Shown here piece after piece: positions 56,552 to 63,852 of a stretch of DNA of 64,000 bases (the first letter of the stretch is position 1; every line of letters starts with the position of its first letter). The position numbers were made by a program, and so were the translations under genes. Where the stretch lies: IMG/VR virus record IMGVR_UViG_3300036713_000599. One strand, written 5' to 3'. The stretch comes from a virus. Lineage: Duplodnaviria; Caudoviricetes. Below the pieces are notes generated by a model. It saw only the letters and a list, made by a program, of their open reading frames with translations. It did not search any database and was not told where the DNA came from.

Positions 56552-57055
56552 TTAGTCCTTCTTGACTCTCTCGTGCCAAGAAGTGTCTAGCTGTGAAGAT
56601 TGAGAGACGGGGCGTAGATCCATGCTATGCTTGAATATCCGTTGGCAGGTCAATGGGAAACATTCATTGAACCATTGCCCGCAGCTAGCACATTGGAAAT
56701 TCGTGGCGAGGCCTCCACTCGGGCCCTTGAATAATCTCGTGTGGCCACAGTCGGGGCAAATTCCGCTAGAAAGCAAAGAACCTTCCTGCTGACTCAAGTC
56801 CTCACAAATCTTCCCATCGGATTTCACGGTCTTATCGGGTCGAGGAGCCACATCACTCTCCGTGTCAACCCAATTGAGAGCCATAGCACCTCCCTCTAAC
56901 GTGTGTATGAGATCCAGAAAAGTCTCGTGGAAGCTCACTGAATTTTTGCTTCGGAGGGCGACGCTCCCGTCAGTAAAAACAATTCCCTCAGCAACCGTCT
57001 CCCACGTGTCTTTGAGCCGACCAAGACGAAACCGTCGCATTCTATGTCGTTCCAT
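56552..57055 (-). CDS. Hypothetical protein with zinc ribbon
   Basis: CPDCG..FKGPSGG..CASCG; start 10 nt from the promoter motif. Confidence 0.7.
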   Translation of the reverse strand: MERHRMRRFRLGRLKDTWETVAEGIVFTDGSVALRSKNSVSFHETFLDLIHTLEGGAMALNWVDTESDVAPRPDKTVKSDGKICEDLSQQEGSLLSSGICPDCGHTRLFKGPSGGLATNFQCASCGQWFNECFPLTCQRIFKHSMDLRPVSQSSQLDTSWHERVKKD

Positions 57056-57266
57056 AATAGGATCCTACACCAGAAATTTCGCTCGCAGTCGCCATTCGAA
57101 CCATTCCCTCAGGGCCTTCCCATAGGACCACCGTATTGGGTAAATCGGTGACGGCGGGAGCTTCTTGTAGCCTGACAATCATAAACTCGTGGCCTTCAGC
57201 TTCGCATGTATATGCAGCCCCGATCAGAGTCATACCTTCCAACCGTTCTAGGAATTCTGGCTTCAT
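57042..57266 (-). CDS. Hypothetical protein
   Basis: MKPEFL start 10 nt from TACACC 57277-57282. Confidence 0.55.
   Translation of the reverse strand: MKPEFLERLEGMTLIGAAYTCEAEGHEFMIVRLQEAPAVTDLPNTVVLWEGPEGMVRMATASEISGVGSYYGTT
57062..57071 (-). promoter_or_regulatory. GGTG-TAGGAT promoter motif
   Basis: TACACC 57066-57071, 10 nt from ATG at 57055. Confidence 0.65.
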
Positions 57267-57272
57267 TTTTTC

Positions 57273-57282
57273 TCCATACACC
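57273..57282 (-). promoter_or_regulatory. CCTCCTTT-GGTG-TA promoter motif
   Basis: 10 nt from ATG at 57266. Confidence 0.6.
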
Positions 57283-57355
57283 AAAGGAGGTGCATAAAAA
57301 TACCGAACTCCTGTTGACTGCAGCCGTAGTAACAACACGACCAAAAAGGAGAGCC

Positions 57356-57628
57356 ATGAACCCCAACGACGATGCATATTTTCGAAGCAGACGCCCACCA
57401 GAACCTCTTAAAGCTCAGGTAGGCGATGAGGTTGCCTACACACGTTATTTCCTCAAATGTATCGGGGTCGTTGCCACGGATCCCATGTGGAGAAAACGAG
57501 GCATCGTGACCGAGATCAGTGGGAGGATCGCATACATCCAATGGGACGATGACGGCGAGGACGAGGTTACGCCTGTCCAGCTCACCAACCTCGCCCACCC
57601 TGGGCCTAACCTAGCCTTTAATGAGTAG
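57356..57628 (+). CDS. SH3/KOW-like small protein
   Basis: QVGDEVAY..RGIVTEI..AYIQWDD; SD AGGAG. Confidence 0.55.
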   Translation: MNPNDDAYFRSRRPPEPLKAQVGDEVAYTRYFLKCIGVVATDPMWRKRGIVTEISGRIAYIQWDDDGEDEVTPVQLTNLAHPGPNLAFNE

Positions 57629-57689
57629 ATCCGATGTAGGTGCTGCCACAGAACAGCACTTTGTTCGTTAGGATCTAGGTCGATCGGCT

Positions 57690-58361
57690 TTATTTAGAGA
57701 AGCGGAGGTATCTCCGGCCTTGTGCCGGAGGATGGGCCCGACCGATCGTCTCAACAACAATCTTCCAAGTCCCCTGAAAAGTTAGCTGGGAGAGCAACAC
57801 ACATTCACTGTGTGAAACAGTCTTACCATGATCGTCGAGGTATTGGCGTGTTTTCAAACACTTCTGGTAGGTCGCTTTTTTGACCATACCAGGAAGCTTC
57901 TCGATTTCAAACAAGGATGTCCGGTTATCGAGAGCAGTATGGTATCCTGCATCAAAAGACGCCATGGAGGTAGACTTAAGCCTGTTCTGGCTTTCGTGCC
58001 GCCCTTCTTTCTCTAACTCTGTGTCTAAAAATGACGGTACGGGACAAGAGGGGCAGTACTCACGAACCAAGAGGGTGCATGCTCCGTCCGATGATGCTGA
58101 CACAGCATTTCGAAACAGGGTGTGGGCATCCCTCACACCAGAGACGAAACCATTATTAAAATCCCTGGACCGTGTCCTTACCAAGTTAGACGGGACCTGT
58201 TCGAGGAACTTCTTCAGACCGTTCCTGTATATAGGACTCTGAGTTGAGAGAAGCTCCGGTTTGGTCGTGTCTACCTTAAGAGGGCACGCACGAGGCGGGG
58301 CTTTTTCAACAGGAGCCTGGCAACAGAAGGTGAGGGGGAGGACAAGGGCGATAGCTTTCAT
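57690..58361 (-). CDS. Putative secreted or lipoprotein
   Basis: MKAIALVLPLTFCC signal-like start, 11 nt from TACACC 58373-58378. Confidence 0.55.
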   Translation of the reverse strand: MKAIALVLPLTFCCQAPVEKAPPRACPLKVDTTKPELLSTQSPIYRNGLKKFLEQVPSNLVRTRSRDFNNGFVSGVRDAHTLFRNAVSASSDGACTLLVREYCPSCPVPSFLDTELEKEGRHESQNRLKSTSMASFDAGYHTALDNRTSLFEIEKLPGMVKKATYQKCLKTRQYLDDHGKTVSHSECVLLSQLTFQGTWKIVVETIGRAHPPAQGRRYLRFSK

Positions 58362-58450
58362 TGTTATCTGCCTACACCGAAAATGGTGGCAGGTTGCCAA
58401 AGGGACGAAAGATTTTCCGAACTTCTGTAACCTCGTCACGTAGTACGGGC

Positions 58451-58690
58451 ATGACGACCAAGACCAAAGTCAAAAACTTCATGAAGAAGAACAACATCCC
58501 CGGAACCGTTTCCGGTCGCGGGCGGGACTGGGAAGTCGAACTCCCGAACGACGAGGCCCATGATCGGTGGAACGAACTCACAACATTCCCGAACGGCGGC
58601 TACCGCAGCGGGTATGGATCCTGGGTCCTGTCGCCCTCATATAAGAGCAAGGGCGACTTCAACAACCGTTCGAGCGCTTGGCACTACTAG
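58451..58690 (+). CDS. Hypothetical protein
   Basis: 79 aa from MTTKTK. Confidence 0.6.
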   Translation: MTTKTKVKNFMKKNNIPGTVSGRGRDWEVELPNDEAHDRWNELTTFPNGGYRSGYGSWVLSPSYKSKGDFNNRSSAWHY

Positions 58691-58780
58691 GAGGCCATCA
58701 AAGGCGATTTTTGAGGAAACAAGGTCAGGGCGCAAGCCCGCCTCACAGCCTATTGGATGGCCGAATCCCTGAGAGGAAAA

Positions 58781-59077
58781 ATGAACAAATTCAGCACCAC
58801 CGAAGCATACCGCGAAGCGAAAGAACTACACAAGCAGGCGGAAGAGACCTTCAACAAAGCGAAAGACGCCTTGAAGGCGGCCCAGGATATCCTAGAAGAC
58901 GCTAAAACGGTCCGTGATGCAGCACACTCCGTTCAAGACATCGAGGACTACGAAGAGGCGTTATCGACGCTCTACGACCTTCTTGATTACTACGGCCTCG
59001 CTAAAGCCATTCTTGCCCACGATCGTGGTAAACTACCCCTCCCTAAAGGGAGGGGCTTTGTGCCCCTCTGGTCCTAG
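58781..59077 (+). CDS. Coiled-coil protein whose C-terminus is supplied by the IS right end
   Basis: SD GAGG/GGAAA before ATG 58781; the frame reads into the element after HDRG. Confidence 0.65.
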   Translation: MNKFSTTEAYREAKELHKQAEETFNKAKDALKAAQDILEDAKTVRDAAHSVQDIEDYEEALSTLYDLLDYYGLAKAILAHDRGKLPLPKGRGFVPLWS

Positions 59078-59172
59078 AGAGAGTTGAGCGGGGCTCACGC
59101 CCCGCTGTTTCTGCTTCATCGGGCCCCCAACGGGGTAACCTCCACAGACTGCTATACCGTGGTCTCCACGGC
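59008..59172 (-). ncRNA. Putative TnpB omega/reRNA with guide CACGATCGTGGGCAAGAATG
   Basis: Scaffold overlaps the tnpB 3' end and right end; guide inferred from the flank, as in ISDra2. Confidence 0.6.
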
Positions 59173-60295
59173 TGAGAATCACCTTGGCAGCATTGACGTC
59201 GGCGTTATCTGCATGGCCACAGGCCGTGCAGATAAACTCTGACTGTGAGATCCGTGACGCTGCGTCCACGGTCTCACAGCAACTACAGGTTTGCGATGTA
59301 TAGTGCGGAGGTACCTTGATCAAGGTACCTCCCGCCCAATCCAGCTTGTACTGGATCATCCACGCAAGAAGGCCCCATCCCGAGTTCAAGATACTGCGGT
59401 TGAGGCCAGCTTTCTGTCTTACATTCCGGCCAGGTAATTCAGATGTGCCGGACGCGGACTTCGTCATGTTCTTCACCTGGAGATCCTCGATCACCACTGT
59501 GCCGTGGCTTTTAGCGTAGTGGAGAGCGATCTGATGCAGCAGATGATTGCGTTGTCGCCGCACCTTTCGATGCAAGCGAGCTACTCTAAGTTGAGCCTTT
59601 CTGTGATTGTTTGAGCCTTTCTTTTTCTTTGACAGGGCTCGCTGAGCCCTGGTTAGTCTTTGCGTCGACGTCCTCATTCCCTCTGGACCGTCAAATACGT
59701 TCCTGTCTGAATCTGCAACGAGATGTTTGACTCCACGATCCAAACCTACTCTGCCGGGTTTGCGGAGCCGTTCCTCTATCTCGACTTCGCAGGAGATTGA
59801 AACGAACCATTGGTCTGCTTCGCGCACCAATGCACACGTTTTACCTTTACCTTCTAGTGGGCGGTGCATCTTGGTTTTTAGCACACCAAGTTTAGGGAAT
59901 CTCACATCTCCTTCTTCTGTGACCCGCCAGTACCTAGGGTGTGGCTCAATCAAAGAGACATTGTCTCTCCCCTTGCGCTTAAAGTGTGGAGGCTTTGAAA
60001 TTTTCTTAAAACCCCGCTCCCAAGCCTTAGCGAGTTCCTTCAGAAGTTGATCGAGGACATTTCGAGGAACATCTGCAAGCCACTCAAACTCAGGGTCCTT
60101 GAGAACTTCGGTCAGTTCCTTCATTTGGTCGAAGGCCGACAGGTACTCCTTAGGGACACGACTTAGGCCAGACCGTCTGTGCTCATGAGCACAGTTCCAC
60201 AGAAATCGTAAGGATCCTTCCCATCGAGCAAGCCGCTCGGCTTGCTCGGGCGTTGGGTAGACGCGGTAGCGAAAAGACTTGCGGACGATTCTCAT
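59033..60295 (-). CDS. tnpB: TnpB RNA-guided endonuclease (copy 2)
   Basis: FRYRVYPT N-terminus, VGLDRG, VIEDL, TSQTCSCC..ICTACG, NADVNAA; RuvC D/E/D intact. Confidence 0.95.
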   Translation of the reverse strand: MRIVRKSFRYRVYPTPEQAERLARWEGSLRFLWNCAHEHRRSGLSRVPKEYLSAFDQMKELTEVLKDPEFEWLADVPRNVLDQLLKELAKAWERGFKKISKPPHFKRKGRDNVSLIEPHPRYWRVTEEGDVRFPKLGVLKTKMHRPLEGKGKTCALVREADQWFVSISCEVEIEERLRKPGRVGLDRGVKHLVADSDRNVFDGPEGMRTSTQRLTRAQRALSKKKKGSNNHRKAQLRVARLHRKVRRQRNHLLHQIALHYAKSHGTVVIEDLQVKNMTKSASGTSELPGRNVRQKAGLNRSILNSGWGLLAWMIQYKLDWAGGTLIKVPPHYTSQTCSCCETVDAASRISQSEFICTACGHADNADVNAAKVILSRGDHGIAVCGGYPVGGPMKQKQRGVSPAQLSLGPEGHKAPPFREG

Positions 60296-60313
60296 CTCAC
60301 CTATAGTTGGTAT

Positions 60314-60739
60314 ATGACACAAAATGATTCATACCGCAAGGGGAGACATGTGGTTTTTGAGTTACACGTTCACTTGGTCTTCGTGCCAAAGTACCGTAGG
60401 GGCGTAATCACTCAGCGAGTCTACGACATCCTCCATGGGGCTTGGCAGAAAGTCTGTAAAGACTTCGAGGTTGTCTTGGAAGAGGCAAACTTCGAAGACG
60501 ACCATGTTCACCTCTTGGTCAACTATCCTCCAAAGGTCTCATTGTCGAAGCTTGTTAATTCGCTCAAGGGGGTGTCCGCTCGCCGAGTACGGCAAGCGAA
60601 TTTACCTGAAGTCCGCAAGGCTCTCTGGGGGCAGCACTTCTGGTCACCAAGCTATTTAGCGGTTTCTTGCGGCGGGGCTCCTCTGGAAACGATCAAGAAG
60701 TACGTTCAGAGTCAAAAGGGCGAGGTGGCCCCGCCCTGA
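60314..60739 (+). CDS. tnpA: IS200/IS605 Y1 (HUH) transposase
   Basis: HLVFVPKYRR, HUH DHVHLL, LKGVSAR, WSPSY..catalytic IKKYVQSQ. Confidence 0.95.
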   Translation: MTQNDSYRKGRHVVFELHVHLVFVPKYRRGVITQRVYDILHGAWQKVCKDFEVVLEEANFEDDHVHLLVNYPPKVSLSKLVNSLKGVSARRVRQANLPEVRKALWGQHFWSPSYLAVSCGGAPLETIKKYVQSQKGEVAPP

Positions 60740-60765
60740 AGGACGGAGCCACCTCGCCCTCTTTC

Positions 60766-60775
60766 GGTGTAGAGT
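60766..60775 (+). promoter_or_regulatory. GGTG-TAGAGT promoter motif at the IS left-end junction
   Basis: Hexamer ends 10 nt before ATG 60782; the first G is from the element. Confidence 0.65.
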
Positions 60776-60781
60776 GAGAGC

Positions 60782-61090
60782 ATGGAAAAAGTTATCCTAA
60801 AAAGGCACAGCGTCCTCTTGGAAAGGTTCGAGCACGAAAGCAAGAAGGTGGCTGGGTACCTTCTTGCTTACGCTGACACAAAGGGGACGGTATCTGAAAA
60901 AGCGATGAAACTCCATGTCCAAAACCAACTCGGCTCCCTCTACGCCACCCTCACGGAATGGGAAAACCTCATGGCTTTCTGCGAGGCCCATGATCTTCCT
61001 TTCAAGTGTGAAGAAGCCGTCCAAGAATGCCGTCGTTACACCAATAGGCTCAAGAGGAGCTTTAAAAAGCTTCCCCAACCCACTTACTGA
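60782..61090 (+). CDS. Hypothetical helical protein
   Basis: 102-aa ORF. Confidence 0.6.
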   Translation: MEKVILKRHSVLLERFEHESKKVAGYLLAYADTKGTVSEKAMKLHVQNQLGSLYATLTEWENLMAFCEAHDLPFKCEEAVQECRRYTNRLKRSFKKLPQPTY

Positions 61091-61159
61091 GAAGCCTCGT
61101 TGAGACAGGGCAGTCCATTCTCTTCCGAACATACCCACACGAGGAATCGTAACACGAAC

Positions 61160-61717
61160 ATGACAAGTCCGATCAAAGCCTGGCACTTCATCTGTGACGA
61201 TTCAACGATCAAAACGTCCTCAATGAAAAGACCCTTAAAGGTTCATCAAGGGCAGATCTTAAGGCATCGAGGCCCTCTAGAACTTTGCAAAAAAGGACTT
61301 CACGCAAGTGTGAAGCCCCTTGACGCTCTCAATTATGCCCCAGGATCTGTGGTTTGTCGAGTTGAGTGTAGCGGTGAGGTGATCCGTGGTGACGGCAAAC
61401 TGGTCTGCTCCAGGAGGAAGGTTCTTTGGGCCAAAGATGCTTCAAGGGTTCTTCATGAATTTGCCATTTGGTGCGCAGAGAGAGCTTTAGAAAAAGTTGA
61501 AAATCCCGATCCGAGAAGTCTAGAAGCTCTCAAGGTCAAAAAGTTGTGGCTCGATGGGAAGGTCACTAATGAAGAACTAGAGGCTGCTAGGGAGGCTGCC
61601 AGGAATGCTGCCAGGGATGCTGCCAGGGAGGCTGCCGATGAGGCTGCCGATGAGGCTATCAGGGATGCCCAAAACGAAGAACTCGAAAGAAGACTCTTAG
61701 CTCTGCAGCCTCATTGA
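61160..61717 (+). CDS. Array paralog 1 (DUF7666-like N-domain + Imm5-like helical domain, AAxx repeats)
   Basis: KAWHF..LCKKGLHAS..PLDAL.YAPG..CRVECSG..KLVCSRR; LHEFAIWCAERAL..DPRS..LWLDG; 185 aa. Confidence 0.8.
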   Translation: MTSPIKAWHFICDDSTIKTSSMKRPLKVHQGQILRHRGPLELCKKGLHASVKPLDALNYAPGSVVCRVECSGEVIRGDGKLVCSRRKVLWAKDASRVLHEFAIWCAERALEKVENPDPRSLEALKVKKLWLDGKVTNEELEAAREAARNAARDAAREAADEAADEAIRDAQNEELERRLLALQPH

Positions 61718-61769
61718 AACCAGGTACCCAATTTGTTCCGAACCTTCTCACACGAGGAATCACAGCACA

Positions 61770-62363
61770 ATGACAAATCCAATCAAGGCGTGGCACTTCA
61801 TCTGTGATGATTCCACAATCTTCACGGATTCAATGAAAAGACCCCTCAAGGTCCACAGGGGGCAGATCTTGAGACATCGAGGCCCTTTGAAACTCTGCAA
61901 GAAAGGTCTTCATGCAAGTGTGAGGCCTCTTGACGCCCTCGGTTATGCTCCAGGAACTATGATCTGTAGGGTAGAGTGTAGCGGCGAGGTAGTCCATGGT
62001 GGCGACAAACTGGTGTGTTCTAGAAGGAGAGTTCTTTGGGCCAAAGATGCTTCAAGGGTTCTTCATGAATTTGCCATTTGGTGCGCCGAAGAAGCATTGG
62101 AAAAGGTCAAGGACCCTGACCCGAAAAGTTTGAGGGCCATCGAGATCAAAAAGTTGTGGCTCGATGGAAAGGCCACTGATGAGGAGCTAAAGGCTGCTAG
62201 GATCGCTGCCGGGGACGATGCCTGGGGTGCTGCCAAGCACACGGCCAGGGAGGCTGCCTGGCACGCTGCCTGGTACGCTGCCAGTGAGGCTGCCATGAAG
62301 GTTACCAGGGAGAGTCAAAATGAAGAACTCGAAAGAAGACTCCTAGCCTTACATCCTCTCTGA
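61770..62363 (+). CDS. Array paralog 2
   Basis: Same architecture, 197 aa. Confidence 0.8.
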   Translation: MTNPIKAWHFICDDSTIFTDSMKRPLKVHRGQILRHRGPLKLCKKGLHASVRPLDALGYAPGTMICRVECSGEVVHGGDKLVCSRRRVLWAKDASRVLHEFAIWCAEEALEKVKDPDPKSLRAIEIKKLWLDGKATDEELKAARIAAGDDAWGAAKHTAREAAWHAAWYAASEAAMKVTRESQNEELERRLLALHPL

Positions 62364-62418
62364 AACCAGGTACCCAATTTGTTCCGAACATACCCACACG
62401 AGGAATCGTAACACGAAC

Positions 62419-63081
62419 ATGACAAGTCCGATCAAAGCCTGGCACTTCATCTGTGACGATTCAACGATCAAAACGTCCTCAATGAAAAGACCTCTCAAGG
62501 TCCACAAAGGGCAAACATTGAGGCATCGAGGCCCTTTGAAACTTTGCAGAAAAGGCCTTCATGCAAGCATAAAATCTCTTGATGCCCTCAAGTATGCCCC
62601 AGGATCTGTGGTTTGTAGGGTAGAATGTAGCGGCGATGTGATCCACGGAGAAGACAAATTAGTGTGTTCCAGGAGGAGAGTTCTTTGGACTAAAAACGTT
62701 GGAAGATCTCTTCATGAATTCGCTATTTGGTGCGCTGAAGAAGCATTGGGAAAAGCCAGAAACCCTGACCCGAGAAGCCTAAAGGCTGTCGAAATCAAAA
62801 AACTTTGGCTCGAAGGGAAAGCCACTGATGAGGGGCTAAAGGTTGCCAGGGACGCGGCCAGGGACGCGGCCAGGGAGGCTGCCAGTGAGGTTGCCAGTGC
62901 CGCCAACGAGGCTGCCAGGGAGGCTGCCAGTGAGGTTGCCTGGGATGCTGCCAGGGAGGCTGCCTGGTACGCTACCTGGGATGCTGCCGGGTACGCTGCC
63001 TGGGATGCTGTCGACGAGGCTATCAGGGAGAGTCAAAATGAAGAACTTGAGAGAAGACTCCTAGCCCTATGTCCTCTCTGA
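62419..63081 (+). CDS. Array paralog 3
   Basis: Same architecture, longest AAxx tract, 220 aa. Confidence 0.8.
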   Translation: MTSPIKAWHFICDDSTIKTSSMKRPLKVHKGQTLRHRGPLKLCRKGLHASIKSLDALKYAPGSVVCRVECSGDVIHGEDKLVCSRRRVLWTKNVGRSLHEFAIWCAEEALGKARNPDPRSLKAVEIKKLWLEGKATDEGLKVARDAARDAAREAASEVASAANEAAREAASEVAWDAAREAAWYATWDAAGYAAWDAVDEAIRESQNEELERRLLALCPL

Positions 63082-63146
63082 GAGGCTTCATTAAGACCAA
63101 GTACCCAATTTGTTCCGAACATACCCACACGAGGAATCGTAGTACG

Positions 63147-63800
63147 ATGGCAAATACAACCAAGGCGTGGCACTTCGTCTGTGATGATTCCACAATCTTC
63201 ACGGATTCGATGAGAAGACCCCTCAAGGTCCACAAAGGGCAGATCTTGAGACATCGAGGTCCTTTGAAGCTTTGCAAAAAAGGCCTTCATGCAAGCATAA
63301 AATCTCTTGATGCCCTCAAGTATGCCCCAGGATCTGTGGTTTGTAGGGTAGAATGTAGCGGCGATGTGATCCACGGGGAAGACAAACTGGTCTGTTCCAG
63401 GAGGAAGGTCCTTTGGATGGCTGATGCTTCAAGAACCCTTCATGAATTTACGATTTGGTGCACCGAAACTGCCTTGAGCGAAATCAAAAACCCGGATCCA
63501 AGAAGCCTAAAAGCCATTGAGGTCAAAAAATTGTGGATCGACGAGAAGGCCACTGATGAGAAACTAAAGGCTGCTGAGATTGCTGCCTGGGACGCTGCCA
63601 TAGTGGCTGCCAGGGACACGACCCGGAGTGTTTCCAGGGACGCTGCTTGGAATGCTGCCAGGTGCGCTGCCAGGGACGCTGCCTGGTACGCGGCCCGGGA
63701 GATCGCCAGGGCAGCGTGCCGATTCGCGGCCCAGGACATTGTCAGGGAGAGTCGAAACGAAGAACTCGAAAAAAGGCTCCTAGCCTTACATCCTCATTGA
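63147..63800 (+). CDS. Array paralog 4
   Basis: Same architecture, 217 aa. Confidence 0.8.
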   Translation: MANTTKAWHFVCDDSTIFTDSMRRPLKVHKGQILRHRGPLKLCKKGLHASIKSLDALKYAPGSVVCRVECSGDVIHGEDKLVCSRRKVLWMADASRTLHEFTIWCTETALSEIKNPDPRSLKAIEVKKLWIDEKATDEKLKAAEIAAWDAAIVAARDTTRSVSRDAAWNAARCAARDAAWYAAREIARAACRFAAQDIVRESRNEELEKRLLALHPH

Positions 63801-63852
63801 AACCAGGTACCCAATTTGTTCCGAACATGTCCACACAAGAAATCACAGCACA

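Larger units (their letters stand above)
59028..60766 (-). mobile_element. IS200/IS605-family element, IS605-type (divergent tnpA and tnpB), 1739 bp
   Basis: Right-end hairpin CCCCTCCCTTTAGGGAGGGG + TAGTTTAC. Left-end hairpin (TCCGTCCTTCAGGGCGGGG) preceded by TACAC. No true target duplication; boundaries confirmed by sibling copies. Confidence 0.95.

Noticed and set aside
59026-60770. GGT on both sides of the IS605 as a target-site duplication
   Set aside because: IS200/IS605 elements do not duplicate targets; the overlap comes from similar end and target sequences (TTAC-C versus TACAC-C).
1499-60771. GGTG as a Shine-Dalgarno fragment
   Set aside because: GGTG ends about 12 nt from the start, too far for the 3' part of an SD, and is followed by a conserved TAnnnT that fits a -10 element.
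62063-63739. Antisense and alternate-frame repeat ORFs (SLAA, PGS, PGR/PGT) over the array
   Set aside because: By-products of stop-free 12-nt GC-rich repeats in the real genes.
61160-63800. Diversity-generating retroelement behind the variable tracts
   Set aside because: No reverse transcriptase in the window, and the variation involves repeat number and non-adenine changes rather than adenine-specific TR/VR differences.
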